Assembly: GCA_000934665.2 (NCBI GenBank)
Contig: JYFJ02000839.1
Location: 62,001-106,798, forward strand
Direction of reading: 5' to 3'
DNA from: Catajapyx aquilonaris
Taxonomy: Eukaryota
Length of the DNA: 44,798 nucleotides
In this document: positions 1 to 14,149 of the stretch, in pieces
How positions within the stretch are numbered: the first letter of the stretch is position 1
Layout: each line of letters begins with the position of its first letter
Notes under the pieces: generated by a model
The model's input: the letters and a program-made list of their open reading frames with translations, nothing else
Database searches by the model: none
What the model was told of the DNA's origin: nothing
Program-made: the position numbers and the translations under genes

Positions 1-1072
1 GGGATCACCTGAAAGTGTATGTAAAGTGAGTATTAACGGACTCCCCCATTCGATTCAGTGACGACACTGCGTAAATCAGTCTTCAGATCGAGTTTTTACT
101 ACTTTACAACCTGCCATCCCCATCATAACCCACCCCTGTTCTCTTCCACACAGGGTCCTGCACTCTCCATTCTGGACGTGCATGTAATATCTTCACTGTC
201 ACAATTCCGTAATTGATTTAGTGCAAAAGGTGAGCACTTCCTCTCTGGGTTCGTCTTATTGCAGATTTCTAAGGCAAAATTACAGCTTTATTACGGAAAT
301 AATAGCTTGTTAAGTTTTGAATAGGCTTGTGATAGGGCTCATACTGCGCTCCAGGCAATCTGCCAAACATCACTGCTACATGGGTCACCTGGTATGCAGG
401 ATGAGCCCTTCTACCCGTGTGTATTTACATTTTAATTTAACAAGCTCTTATCTCCGTAATGAAGCTGAAATCGCTAAACAGAAATTTTGTGCCAGAAATT
501 CAAGAAGTCTCAGCCTGAGAGGAAGTGAGCATCATTCCCCATCCTGTATACAGAATCAGATCTAAGCTCTTTATACCAGTTTCATGACATCGTGACCATC
601 TGCAGTGAACCGAGCTAGAATCCGCAATAGTAGGTAAACGGAATGCTATAGAAAACGATCCTAGATCCCTACGGACCCCTGGTATATAACAAGCAGTAAA
701 ACGAGCCTCCGTATATGAAACCTCCGCCAAATAGACAAGTCGGACACGGCAAGACATCGATTATGTCCATTGAAACATGGCGACCGAGTTTAGAAGCCGG
801 CTTATTATCGCAGCGGTGGATCTAAATTGAATTTCCTCCCTCCCAGTTAATACTGTCCAACATTGGCACAGGCGATAACGGGACGTTTTATTTACTAACT
901 TAAGAGGAACTTCGGAAGAGCAGGTGAGAATTTCTGTGGCTTTTCGTCGCCGGATGTCGCCCTGGCATTTGGGTCAGCATGACGTCAGGAGCTTGCGGGA
1001 CCGACGCGACGGAGTATTGGGATGATGCGCTTCTTGCGGTCGCCAATCATTAGTGGTGATGGAACATCTCAC

Positions 1073-1151
1073 CATTCTGCAGAAGGATTGCATGAATACG
1101 TGAGTCTGGGATGAGTGATGGAATTCTCGCGAGTCTTTGCATGAAGCTCAT
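1073..1151 (-). CDS. Hypothetical first coding segment of an unidentified gene, MSFMQRLARIPSLIPDSRIHAILLQN(G)
   Basis: Lies in a candidate exon 1214-1073 bounded by ATTCTAG| and ATG|GTGAGA; start context AAAAATGA. Could join the acceptor CACTTTCAG| at position 9 (phase 1, giving G-D-P). No homology recognised. Confidence 0.3.
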
Positions 1152-1229
1152 TTTTCAACACAGGGCATACTTTTGTATAGGAAGAAGAAAACACACAAGT
1201 AAAAACACGCCCACCTAGAATATAAGCAG

Positions 1230-1368
<139 letters not shown>

Positions 1369-1565
1369 ATCACCTGACATTTTAAACAAAATTTAAACGA
1401 TAACTTAAAATCGTTAATATACAGTATAATATTCGATTATATATCTGTAGCAGAGATAACAGAATAACAGCATCTATCCCTGATAATGGTGCGTAAATGG
1501 ATGTTACAGGGTGTTCGCCCTCAACGTTCAACAAAAAAGCAGCAACGTTTAAACTGCCTTATATA

Positions 1566-1566
1566 G

Positions 1567-1600
<34 letters not shown>

Positions 1601-1603
1601 GTT
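1566..1603. repeat. (GTT)n microsatellite
   Basis: About 11 perfect units. Confidence 0.97.
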
Positions 1604-3438
1604 AGAGATGCAGGAGTTATACGGCTGATGAGTTCTTTATCATCGTCAACTTGATCAGATTAGCCGAAATCCTTCTCATGGGGACAGTCTCAGCGTAGCC
1701 CGAATGTCTACGACGCACAGCGTATAGCATTATTGATGCAGAGAGAGAATAGTAGCAATAAGAAATAACGAATGTCAGTAGTGAAACCTAAGAATAATAA
1801 AGCCACGCATCGTCTTTTGATAGTATACATACAAAACGCGAATAACACTGCACATAATGAGTTGCATTATTGCTATTGTGCTGCGCGTAGGTCATATACA
1901 GATGCGTATAGCCATGTATAGTACCAAACCGCTGGGACACTTCTCAGCAGCCATACCTGCTGGACTTCGCAATTCGACAAATCACTTCTTACCGAAATCT
2001 TTATTTAGAAATATTTTGCTCAAACTTTACAGCATTGATGAGCCTCAGCAGAAATGTTTATGACAACCAGCCACTGGCCTTTTTACACAGAATGGTGTCA
2101 TGCATGCACTTGCGATATCAAGCTGATATTTAGCATGTACATCTTCCAAACCTCTCCTACATGAATTCGTGATAATGAAAAGGGCCCAAGTCCACGCTTC
2201 TCAACGTTACGGGAGAGTTTAAAAGCGGATTTCCCAATATAAACGGTTGGAAACTGTCATTTTCAAACTTTCCACGTGATATTCTTTGTAGGCCTACTTT
2301 AGACTTGATAATCCGCGTCACCTGGTGCTTCTTTCAGTCCACTCTAAAATAAGTGATAAATGTTAGACTCGAGATATTATTCACGTGAATTAATCAATCG
2401 CCATTTATTGCGCATTTTACTCCCCTACTACTGCTTTAAGTTTTATACATTAATTTTTTGCTGCAATTATTATAGGTGTAAGCTACATACTGCAGGTGGC
2501 CCACAATTACCATCACAAAACATCCCAACATCTCCCCATTAACGCTTCAGTCTAAAAACGAATCTAAAACAGCCTGGTATCCCAGTTTAAGTGCAGCAAT
2601 TATGCTGAGAGCATTTTTTTTTGAAACTGTGAAACGAAAAATGTACTTGGCATGACTCCCATTGCAACAAAAAGACCACAGCTCCGAAACAAAAAAAAAA
2701 GGCGCGAGTCCTGCTGCTAGAGCCAAGACTACCAGCATATGAAAACTCAGCATGATTGTACCGAACAAAACACTGCGGAGGAATACACGTCATTACTATA
2801 TGCCCCATCCACACGCCACAAAATGGAAGCCCGCCAGAGGCGCTCGCACTTATTCCATAGGCGCCTGATAATTGCACTTTCATTCTAGCCCGGTTTATAT
2901 ATCCTACTTCGATGCTATGCTAGACAAAGTAGCTGCGTGGGATTCGGAGCAGATTTTTATGCAGGTCTGGTATGCATAGTCATTTTAATGGCACTACAAA
3001 CTCTAGAACGATGCCACTAATTGCGTGGGGAAGAAGGCGGAGGAGGGGTTGATAAATATATTGTCGTAGGGATTTTGGGTTTCTTTCCTCTCGTCGTGAT
3101 GTGGAGGTCTTGTTACACATTCTTTGCGCTGATCGACTGAGATTAACTCCGTTAATTTTCAGATATTTTGTTACGAGTAGCTAATAGTTTGTCTTGGCTG
3201 AATTGGCAGTTGCTCGAGTTCGGAAGGATTGATGTATTCAGTGTCAGTATTGTCATGTCATGCTCAGTTAATTCGTAATGCTATTAGGACTTAGCTGAGG
3301 CTTTGTTCAATGCAGCACACAGTATGTACTGTACAGTATATTAACGGTGTTTTGGGCTGTGCAATTTAATCCTCTATCTGTACAGTATAGTCTTTCGCGG
3401 TGAAAAGGGACACACTATATAGGCCTATAGTCTATATA

Positions 3439-3818
3439 CCGGGTGATCCAAAATACTAACTTATTGTCCTATAGCTGTGGCTATTTGTTGGTTATCAAAC
3501 GTATTAGCTGATAATAATAAGTTGTGCGTATATTATCCATCATTAAGCCTGCACAAAATGGGTTCTGCTTGTCATTGACGTGATATGCCAATAATTGTTC
3601 CTACGGGCCACTCCCAATCGGAAGTACGGTACTGTGCAGTTCAGAGGTTGAATGGATGATTCAGTTTCATAATATTAGCAAATAATACTTTTGATAACCA
3701 CTAAAAGTAACTGTAATAAGCAAAATATAATATATAAGCAAAAATAAATGCTACGAAATAAGCAGCTTAGTGCCAACAAATAGCCAGAGCAATTGGACAA
3801 GTATTTTGGATCACTCAG
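3439..3818. mobile_element. Tc1/mariner-type MITE
   Basis: Imperfect TIRs: left CCGGGTGATCCAAAATACT(aacttat)TGTCCTATAGCTGTGGCTATTTGTTGG; reverse complement of right end CTGAGTGATCCAAAATACTTGTCCAATTGCTCTGGCTATTTGTTGG. Flanked by TA at 3437-3438 and 3819-3820; non-coding. Confidence 0.8.
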
Positions 3819-4426
3819 TATAAGTGCATATAGGGGTAAGCCTTACAGGCCTAAATACACACGGAAAACCAAAACATTTCTTCTGCAGTCTTGTTATCGA
3901 GTTAACAAGCATTAAACAGAGAGTGAACAGCCTATGACATTTCCATCGCCTTGGTCACTGCCAGGATATTTTTATACTTTGTGATTGCTGTGCTTGCTAT
4001 TATGAGGCTTCACAGATCAAGTGACATTTCTCTGGTACGCAAGAGATGGACTGTAGTGGTTTGTCATAATGATAATGAAACACCCTCTAGAAGTCTAGAT
4101 AGTCTATAGAGAAACTTTTGAGTTGGATAGGTAGGCTGCTATATGAGAGTGTAAGCCGGATCACGAGGCCAGGAAGAGAATGCAGACTTTTTCTAGCCGC
4201 GTGGTTATTCCTGGGAACTTCTTCCACACTCTATTGCAGAATCACTGACATGCCTAACCCACGCCACGCCTCGCCGTGGCTATATAAAAGTCATTCAAAC
4301 GCCAGGCAGCAGTGACTCTCTATGGACGCAATGTTCTCTCCAGTCAGTCAGTCAGGAACCGATGCGATGTGTCTATAACATTTTACTAATTTTTGATTAC
4401 ACGTGAGATTTAGATTGTAACGGATC

Positions 4427-4459
4427 ATAATATAAGTATAATATAAGTATAATATAAGT
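4427..4459. repeat. 11-bp tandem repeat ATAATATAAGT x3
   Basis: Three perfect units read directly. Confidence 0.9.
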
Positions 4460-6859
4460 GCAAGATTACTATACCAGCAAGTGACACACTGCTTTGTTAT
4501 CTATGACATAATTATATAAATAACTTTTTAAGGCTGCGCTGTTAGAAAAACATACGCGCGGCCCACCAATCAGGGTGGAGATCGACCTGCCACGCTTACG
4601 TCTGGTCAACATAGGTCTCGTGTAAACGGGACTTACAGTTAGGGCTCATCTTTCTTATGAAATAATTAAGTCGCAACTGAACTGAGGTTCCGCCAAGATC
4701 AGCTATTAGTTGTGCATGGTCTTCCTATCTGGTAAGACGTGGAGCCATGTAAACTGTCTTACTACTGCTGCACAGTTTGTGGAATTGAATGGAGTAACTC
4801 TGTATAACAAGTTTCAGCAACCGGACAGTTTCAACATCATTATAATGTGTCTACAGCCCGCGCATCCCACACCCCACCATTTCTCCCTCACACACATATC
4901 TGCATAAGTTGTGTCGAATGGGGGTGCGGAAATGTATTGTTCCCCATGGAATATAGTTTGTAGCCTAACATTACTATGGATGTAATGCACAGATAGAATT
5001 TTGCGAACGCGTCACAAAGAAAACCTTATTAGGTGTACCGCTTGATTATCAACATGCAATCTTAATGCAAATTAAATAATGCCCTTGTTCGGAATCATGT
5101 CAGTGCTACTTTGGTCCTTGCCTTTTTATTTAACTAAAGTGTAAAGTTAAAGATATTCTTAAATTCTTTATCCTCTCTGGGAATTTGGATAATATTGACT
5201 GTAAATATTAGATTTCAAGGTTATCTTATGGCGAAGTGAGTTTAAGCGTACATAAATCTCACGTCTCCCTCTAAGTCTGGGAATTCCTGTCCTTATACCC
5301 CTGGGGGCCAGGCATTGTTTCTGGGTCGAGTTGACTTCTGGACATGCTGGACCACTCCTCTCACTCGACAAGGGAAAAGCAGCTTTTGTAGTTGAAATCA
5401 ATTTTGAAATCCAGCTAACCCTACCAGAGCTCTAACAAACCGAATTACAAAACTCGTCCTGATTCCCGCAAAGGTTAAAGTGCTATTGATCTGTTGAAAT
5501 GACGATGTGTTCCTTTTCTCTTAAATTATATGATACTGGATTGTATTAATTGGCATTTGGAACTATTTTCTCACTAATTATATATTTATTGCTCAGGTTG
5601 ACATACTCTTTGACTATGAGGAGCTTCAGGAGGCTAAACTGTGACTTAGGTCTCACGTCATTTTGAAGGCTTTCCCAGAGGAGAGCTTGAAAGGGTTTCC
5701 TCCCACAGTTCCTAAAGTTGACCCCCACGCTGTCACTAGCCCCAGTCGGCTTCCTGACTGATCTGAAGGAGTTCAGAAAGTCCGTCTAGATCCTATGGCG
5801 ATTCGAAAGCCCTTTCTATTTCCTTTCAGGCTGAGTGCATAGCTTTGAATAATTGCGCAATCGATTCCTCGTTAACTGGCGCTTCACAGTCGCATACTTC
5901 CAGTGTGAAAAATCAAACATGTGCCAAAACTTGCACCTATATTATGGATCCATCCACCATAGTCATCTCGTTGTTTCCGCCAGGGTGCAGTCATATCGAC
6001 GTTGGACTCTGAAGAGAATAGAGTCAGTGGCTGAAAGAACCTGCTGCCATTTTAACTTACGGGCGGTCCAGTGGATTCATAACCAGAGTTCTACGCATTG
6101 TGAGGGTAAATGCGTGTATTTTCTTTTACGATATTGGCGGACATTCCTACTCATTCGCATATTATTATTTTCACTCAAAAACCATTGACTTGCCAACCCT
6201 CCACAAATTCTAAAAACCTCCGTGTACATTTAGGGAAATCCTGTTTTTAGAAACGGGAAATTCCCCCACGACCCCACTGTTGAAATGAACTGGTCACACC
6301 ACCTTTCCATGGTTGGCACGAGCCTTTGGTTGCAACCACACCTCCCCACCCCATACCCTACATACTCTCTCCATCCACCCGTGCCCCTGCCTGGCTGCCA
6401 CCTCTCACACAAAACAAGGCCAACATCGGCCCTCTTCAATCCACACATCCAGCTGCAAGAAAAGTAGGGACCATCTGTCGGGGACGGCGATGGACTCTCT
6501 CTCTCCAAAATGACGCCTAGCGCTTTTCCTTTGTGTAGCTCCCAAAACCCCACGCCACTATGGAAATGTGGCCAGAATGACTAGCTGATGAATGGGCTCA
6601 CCTTCATTTGTATATCACCAGGAAAAAAAGGGTGGAGGAGAAAATAGAATATTTTGAGGTCTCTGGTCGAGTTGACAGTGCAGGTACGGTCAAGCGCCGG
6701 AAGGGTCTGGCTACCGTCTCATGTTATCAGGGGACGGTGGTCATAATTATTTTTGAACGTGAGTGGAGGGCAATGAACTGTGGGTCTACATGCATTTATT
6801 ACATAATGTGTGCAACGGGCTGGGAGAAAATGAGTTCGTTCACGTTTTTCATGATGTAT

Positions 6860-7090
6860 ACACAGGTGGCCTATTATTGGCTATATGTGTTAATGCCATT
6901 CTGGAGGTCCTGGGTTCGAATCTCGGTGCCATCCTGACTCGATGGTTTCCTTTGAGAATGACCAAGACTTACAAACTGTGCTGAATCCCTTCCCTGGTTA
7001 CTGCGTTGCTTGGTCTTGATTACTTGGTGTGGGAGCAAAAGGTTCTTAGAAACCATAACATATGATATAGAGTTAAGAACCAACAGGTAT
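6860..7090 (+). mobile_element. Possible old tRNA-derived SINE
   Basis: B-box context GAGGTCCTGGGTTCGAATCTC (~6904-6924) with a degraded A-box region. No TSD; extent is a guess. Confidence 0.35.
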
Positions 7091-9444
7091 TTTGTTTACG
7101 GGACTGCAGCTGCTGTTATGCTCTCCCTCAGTTATTCAATTACATACGTCCATCACAAGCTTGTTTTGTCCGTTGGGTTTGTGTTGGTTTATGAAATATA
7201 AAACCAACAACCCTTCCCCTTCCCTTTCCCACCCACATCCGAGTCTAGTGGGTTGGATTGGATTTAGATGTCCTGCACCTTATAATGTTACAGTAAGAGA
7301 CCGTACAGTATAAGCAAAGGATGCGTAGAAGCTTGACCCCCAGCTTAATGGGTTTCCCAAATTGACCAGAAGAGATAGGCTTCGAAAACGAGAATGATAT
7401 TCAAAGAGAATTAAAGACATTTGACAAAATAAGTAGCTACAAATTTTATCTACTAAAGAGAGGCAATAAATTATAGCAGTGCCATGACAAACCATCAGGG
7501 AAGAAGGTAGAATACCTACTTTATGATTGACAATACACATATTTTGAGTAATGATTTATGATATGGTTGCAGCACTGAAGATGAGCTATTGACTGCAGAT
7601 TTATCCTTAGTATTGAGTGTTGCCAAAAATAAAATAACATTAACAAGGAAAAATCCTCCATCCATTGTCTGGCGCTATATTCAGTGTTGACATTAGGCCG
7701 CTCAAGAGTGCGATAACATAACATATGTGTAATTCATTACATACGGATGTTGTCAAAATCAAAATAAATTTGTAAATTATGGTTATTAATGGTGATAAAT
7801 TATATGGTTTGGACAATATACTTGTACAGTATATTTTAAAATTATTTTCTTACATTGTTGCAGAGGACAGATTAAACTTATATACCAACCATAAAATAAT
7901 CCCGTTTTAACTACTAGGTAAGCCGCCAGGTACAGCACAGCGTCACATTTTCAGCAGTGAAAAAAAAGGTGGTAAAAAAGGGCCAGTCGTTCGACAAACG
8001 TTCAAAACATATACGTAGGTATGACATAATGCATATATGTTGCATTAGTTTTCTTTCCTTCTTATTGTACACTACAGTTTTATCATATCATTTTTCACGC
8101 ACCGTTCATTAAATAATAACCGGTGTTAGGCTAATATAAAGTGTAGAATGTGGGTGTTTGCAGTTACAATTTCTTAAAATTAACCTATTTCTCACTCTCT
8201 CTAGATCATAATTCCGTACTATTTTACGGTTAGGAATGTGGTTAGAAATGGTAATTGAGTTTATCAGAATAACCCAAGGCAATATACTTAAGTCCAGGAG
8301 GATATGAGGACTGAGAAAGAGGGAAAGAGAGGCATAATACAGTATACGGAAAGGGAGACTAAAGCAGGTGTTGAGGACCCTATTGGTATAAAACGCGAAG
8401 TAGTCCTATATCTGGTATAGTGTGGTCCCCTCACCAGCAGCAAAAAGAAATATTAACCCACGTGCCACGTCAAGGAGGAAATGATACAGTAACTGAAGAA
8501 TTTTCAGGGTGTTTGTGAGAGTGGTTCATGGTTCATGGAAATATTTTGCGAAATTGTTTTAAAAATACAAATCCATTATATTGAAAATGCAAATGTAACA
8601 CGATATCGCACGTAATTATAGCAGCGTTTAACGTCTGGCGGTCATTTCATGTTCCAGGCATCAATATAATTATCTTCCAATAAATATATGCAAGATGTGA
8701 TGTTTGTAATATTCATAGCAAGGTTATACTATTCGTCTTAATTCCATTCAATTTCCATTGAATTCCAATCCACTTGGCAGTGAATTGAACTGCCATCCAT
8801 TCAGATGGCCAGTATGGTGTAATTTGCTGATTAATACAATTGCGAATTGAACGATGCCCCTCACTGGCTATCATGACTGGATATTTCATACAACAAAATC
8901 AATGGATAAAATAATAACTGGTATATCCTGCTTGAAATTTTCTGCTACATTGCGAGAACTCGGTGTTTGCCCTCAATTACAAATTGATTGCGTCGGGTTT
9001 TGTGTGGCCTGCAAGATGTTTAATAAAAGTAAACAATAAGGCCAATTACTGGCTAAGTAACTCGAATAAGCCTTTTCGAGCTGTATCGCTAACAATATAT
9101 TATTGGAAGCAATTTTTTATGAGGCTTCAATTTAGCTTTCTGCCCACGTGGGACTCACGTGGGATAACTGTTAAGGTGTAATACCGTTTCCTACAACTTT
9201 CCAAAACTATATTTAATCTAATCTAATACCCTCCTGTAGTGACATGATTTTGTTCTGATTTTTTCAGATCCTCCTTCCAGTGATTGACGGTCGAGGTCAC
9301 GCGCTGACAGAGGATTATGAGCAAAGTTAAACGGTTCGAAATTCACGGCCCAGGAAAAAATTACTGCATGTAATATTACATAAATAAATACCGGTACTAA
9401 ATATTTGCATTTTGCGTTTGTCCTGTAATATTAGTCATCATATG

Positions 9445-9772
9445 GGGGAGGCGGAGTGGTGCTGCGGTAACGTATGCGCCCACGGATGTTAAGGTCCCGG
9501 GTTCGATCCCAACCCGGGGGACACCCCCTTCATCTCGTGCAGAGTTCAGGGTCACCTCTGGCTTCGTCTCAGGTGGTATTTCCACAGACTAAACCACCCG
9601 GGGGAGTTCACTAAAAATGGCCACGTTTAAGACATTGCACTGCACCTTGCACATCCCCTCCTGTCATCCTGCCAGTGGGCCCGGGCGTTACGTATAAAGG
9701 CTCCAATGTACTTGACATAATAAATAAAGGTCCGTGCTGCATACCTCAGATGAGGTCAAGCACTACCCCGGA

Positions 9773-9834
<62 letters not shown>
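9445..9834 (+). mobile_element. tRNA-derived SINE with (TTA)n tail
   Basis: tRNA-like head with B box GGTTCGATCCC and a (TTA)n tail at ~9778-9834. 16-bp target-site duplication TATTAGTCATCATATG at 9429-9444 and 9835-9850. Confidence 0.9.
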
Positions 9835-9839
<5 letters not shown>

Positions 9840-9859
9840 GTCATCATATGATACGTATA

Positions 9860-10110
9860 ATTGGGTACGAATCTCAACACACTGCATTGTTTTCGGTAAT
9901 ATCTGACAACTTCACTATTTCCATAGTACCAACAGAAATTATTCATTTCTGTAGCTTGAGTTGCACTCTCATGCAGCAAGTTTCCAAAACGCGTGATGGA
10001 TAGGCTCTCATATGAAGCACATAACATCCCAGCATTGTTGCCTCCAGCTCCATGCTCCTATTGGAAGAACTCCGGGTATCAAGGAACGTAATACGGAGTC
10101 TGCCGGAGTC
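9860..10110 (-). pseudogene. Possible decayed LINE endonuclease relic
   Basis: Frameshifted pieces LRITFLDTRSSSNRSMELEATML / VLET / NNFCWYYGNSE loosely follow the order of APE N-terminal motifs. Confidence 0.3.
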
Positions 10111-13045
10111 CATGCATAAAATCAATACGTGGGATGCAGAAATGAGAGCCCAATACTGGCGGGTAGAAAACCAGGGAGGGGGTGGAGGGGGTTTGAGCAC
10201 TATTAATGACAAGCTCAAATCCCTGGAGATATGTGTGGATGTTTGGTTTTCGACAGAACTTTGTATGGACGGATCGGACTGATACTGTTTGGCATCATGT
10301 GGTTATAGGAGGCCGGAAAAACTAGTTTTTGTAGCGTGATGGTGATGAATCGCATGTTGATTTGGTGGTTAAGCAGGAAAGAATGGTCACCGTCTTGGAA
10401 TGCTTTTCTATACTCATTCTTGTGTGATTTGGTCGAATTCTGCGATTATGTGATTTAGATGCCGTCTAAAAATAGTTAAGTTTATTCAATTGATGAGAAA
10501 TATGCATGTGAGTGTCACTTTTATGAAAGTGACGAATTTTACATTATTGTAATTTTCTGCATTGGTAAGGAAATAAAAACAACTAAGAGACACAAAACAA
10601 TATCTAATGCAGAGAGTATTATATGCAAACTGCATAATACACTGAAAGCACAGTATTACACTGCTGAGCAGCAATCTGAAGAACCTTTTAACATTTCGGC
10701 ATGGTTAGGCCTATTACACGAATGAAATCATAATTGCATATATAGAGTGAGCTGAAACATGCAGCACAGTTTGCGCGGATGTAACGAAAAAAAACAAATA
10801 AATGAGGTATGCAGCATACCAAAATGATGAAAACATCTCTTTCAAACAGGGTTCATTTTCCTACTTGATTTGTTTCTGCCAGATTGACAGGCATGCCCGC
10901 TGGCAGTTGTACGTAAACAGACATACTGGTACCTGTATCTTTGGCACACCGGAAAAATCCACTAACAAGTTAGTAAGTCCAATTTTGGCGGTTCTGAGTT
11001 ATTTACACCAATAAGTAGCATTTTTATACTTTATCGCCTGGTGAGGTCCATTTAGTCATTCGTAAAGATTCATAATGAGCCAGCAACCCAGAATTTTATG
11101 TCTTCGCTAGCATGTAAGAAATTCAAGAACAAAGCTTTGGATCATCTCGAAACGGATTCAATAAGATTCCCATCATAGATTCAGACTGAATTTGGTCTAT
11201 TTGACAGTCAGGTGCAGTATGGAGCAATATTTTCCCCCTCAAATAGATATCAAATGCACTATGAATCTGATATTCTTACTGATTCCCGCCTTGGTGCAAG
11301 GCCGTTTCACATATCTGCGATATCGCGCCCGAGGTTATCGATTACTTGACCGGCAGCGATATCGTTCTGCACCCAGGCATTCTCATATTGGTGATTAGGC
11401 ACCACACCGTTCCTCTCTGTCTTGAAGGGAAAAAAATTATCTTGGGCCTTGATTCCTTACAAAATGAAAACCTGAATCGCCTCTTAGATAATTGTAACTA
11501 TACTAATTTTATTGTAATGTGAAACCCACGGATCTCTCAACAAGGACCCCTGCTTGCAAAAATTAGCTTATTTAGCGAATATCCAATAACAACATTGCAT
11601 CAGGTTATTTGAAGCGCAGTTGAAAGTAACCGCTACAATCCTCGCGTCCGTATCCGCAGGCCACGCCTACTTTGTGCCAATAAATAAGGTCATTATCTTA
11701 CTATTAGATACACCCACGAGTTTCTCCAATTACCGAATGTGCCCCAAAGTCTATCTCGTACAGTATATGCGGAGAATACACGGGCACAAAGTGAGCTGGC
11801 CAGTATAAGGGTATATACAAGGAGTTGCAGTGGTTACTTTCAACTACTACAAAAAATAACCGAATACAATATGGTTATACTGGATCTTAGCTAAATATAT
11901 TTAAATATTGCCAGGAGCAGTGGTCCTTTCTTGTTAGACTATACCCTGTACGTATATACAGGCACAGCACGCACATCCCAAAGTAAAACTGTCACTTGTA
12001 TTGTATATATAGGCCTAAATAAGGGAATGTCGAGATGCCTTCCCCACATATTGATTCTGCCATAATGAATAATATTTTGAAAATCTTAGGCCAGATTCGA
12101 ATTCGGCATCCTTAAAACCGCATTTCGTAAAGTTTCCGTGTAAATTATTTTTTGCTATTAAGCGGTGAGTGCGCACTAACTCCTGGCCGTATACAGTATA
12201 TACGCAAGAAAATAGAATAGCGTACCGGGGGAACGACAAAATTACATCCTGTTCGATACTGAAAGTTGTCCCAAACTAAATTACGTCCACCTTCTTAAGG
12301 ACAACCTACCTGACACTCACGACAACCTTTTCGCATATAGTGTTGTATACGGTCGTATACCTTTTAAAAAATATACACTGGCGTTGATAACATTGTTCGC
12401 TGGAAAAACCAAGTATAGCCAAATAGTAGTTTATGATTGCGCCAAGGCAGGATATCTACTGAATTGTTGCTCTCGCTCTGTTGGCAACCAGGCTTGGTGT
12501 ATATAGGTAGCCTATATAGACGACGGCCATCCGATGCCCAGAATGCTGGAGATATTCGCAGCCATATCGAGCACGCATAGTTGCCTGATACGCTTTCACC
12601 AGAATCATTCTTGTATAGGCCCTTTCATAAAAGTGCAAAGAATGCTAGCAAAGAAGATAAAAAAATGTGCGGGACATCGATTTGGGCTCAGGGCACGAAT
12701 ATTTATGGTGAAAAAGGTGAGTAAGTGCGTATGAAGAATAGCGATGTAAAATAGCGACAAGCAGGTGATAGACTGGATTAAAACATTGCTAATTTGCAAA
12801 TTTCTTGAACTGTGAAGGCCTGCTGCAGGGGTTTGTTGGAATATTCGGGAATTTTAATCTTAATTTTTATAGAAATTGTAAATAAAGCTCTCAATTTTTA
12901 AAGGTGCGCGTAGTTTTTAAAATTTACATTCAATGATATCAATAGTTTCTGCACGATGTAGTAGGGGGGTTATTATTACGTGCCTTTTTAGCAAAAATCT
13001 TCCTGCATCCGAATTCAAATTGGTGTCATATATAGGACACCAATT

Positions 13046-13115
13046 TTGTAAGCAAAGTACCATAATTAATTATGTATATACATAATTAATTAATTATGGT
13101 ATACTTTGCTTACAA
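13046..13115. repeat. Spacerless imperfect palindrome
   Basis: TTGTAAGCAAAGTACCATAATTAATTATGTAT|ATACATAATTAATTAATTATGGTATACTTTGCTTACAA; the right arm carries two small slippage insertions. Confidence 0.9.
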
Positions 13116-14086
13116 GCTTTTCTATGCATAGTGCTTAAGGGTTGGTCATGCCCGTTTATGCAGTTAGCACTAACGGCTCCTGCAAGTTATGGCAACTATA
13201 TTACATACGTATGTCATTTTCGTATACAGTACAGAACACGAAACTTTCATGTGCGCCGGTATAGTGCAAAAGATATAATATGAGTGTCATATCCCAGTTA
13301 CGGAAGCATCATATAGTGCTTTTTCTCCTATTTTAAAATTTTGCCACTAAAAAAATGCATAAGTGGGATGTTTCAACTGTTTAGTGATTTTAATGTTATT
13401 GATAAATAACTTATCGCAGAAAAAAACCGCAGGTAATTCAAATTCCTTCATTAATGGAAAGGAAAATGTATTCTCAGTCCCTGTTCCCAGTTTCTTTTCA
13501 TGGGAATTTGAGACTTTTTGCAACGGCTCTTCAAGGCTGTACATTATCCTGCTGGTCCTATTACCTGAGGCGCATGCCTCATTTGCGTTGGGTTGTATCG
13601 GAGATTAGATGTTCTAGCACCCAGAGGGGCCTTTTCACCTCGCCGAACGCTGACCAATGACGGCATCCCACTTCGTATACGACAGAGATTCAAGGGACTT
13701 GGATAGGAATTGAAGTAAGAGGCTGTGGCCATTCCGAAGTAGAGACCATTCGGGAATTGTCCTGGTACAGCGACCGAGGAAAACAATGATTGTCAGGAAG
13801 GTTGGTGTACCAGCGATAGAACTCAGCCGAATCTATGTGCAGAATGACAGCCTATCTAGCATTCTCCCCACCAAGCCTATTTTTTCGTGTATATTTGACC
13901 GTTTCAATATTTCCGCCCGCCAAAATTTTGCAGGTGATGAAACAAGTGAAAGTTACTTGATAGTGCAAGGTCTTCACGCATTTAAAAAAAATGCTCAAAG
14001 ACATCCCTCTTAAACTGATTGGAGAATGCCCACGACATGCCCGACTGCACATTGCACTCCTTACCCAGGCATTACTCAAAGTCTCG

Positions 14087-14149
14087 AACAATTCAAGTGG
14101 TCCTCCTAACGATTCAAGTGGTGCACCTAACAATTACAGTGGTGCACCT
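14087..14149. repeat. 21-bp minisatellite x3
   Basis: AACAATTCAAGTGGTCCTCCT / AACGATTCAAGTGGTGCACCT / AACAATTACAGTGGTGCACCT. Confidence 0.85.

Noticed and set aside
5590..5830. Protein-looking plus frame interrupted only by two TGA codons (possible selenoprotein or recoding)
   Set aside because: No recognisable homology, no convincing exon boundaries and no SECIS seen. It is the complement of an open minus frame and is best treated as chance.
13544..13835. GC-richer segment with open minus frames and a CACATAG acceptor
   Set aside because: Could be an exon, but no frame gives a recognisable protein and no strong donor was found.
14087..14149. 21-bp repeats as a CRISPR-like array or coding repeat (NNSSGPP/NDSSGAP)
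   Set aside because: Units are contiguous with no spacers and the context is eukaryotic. The surrounding ORF has no support.
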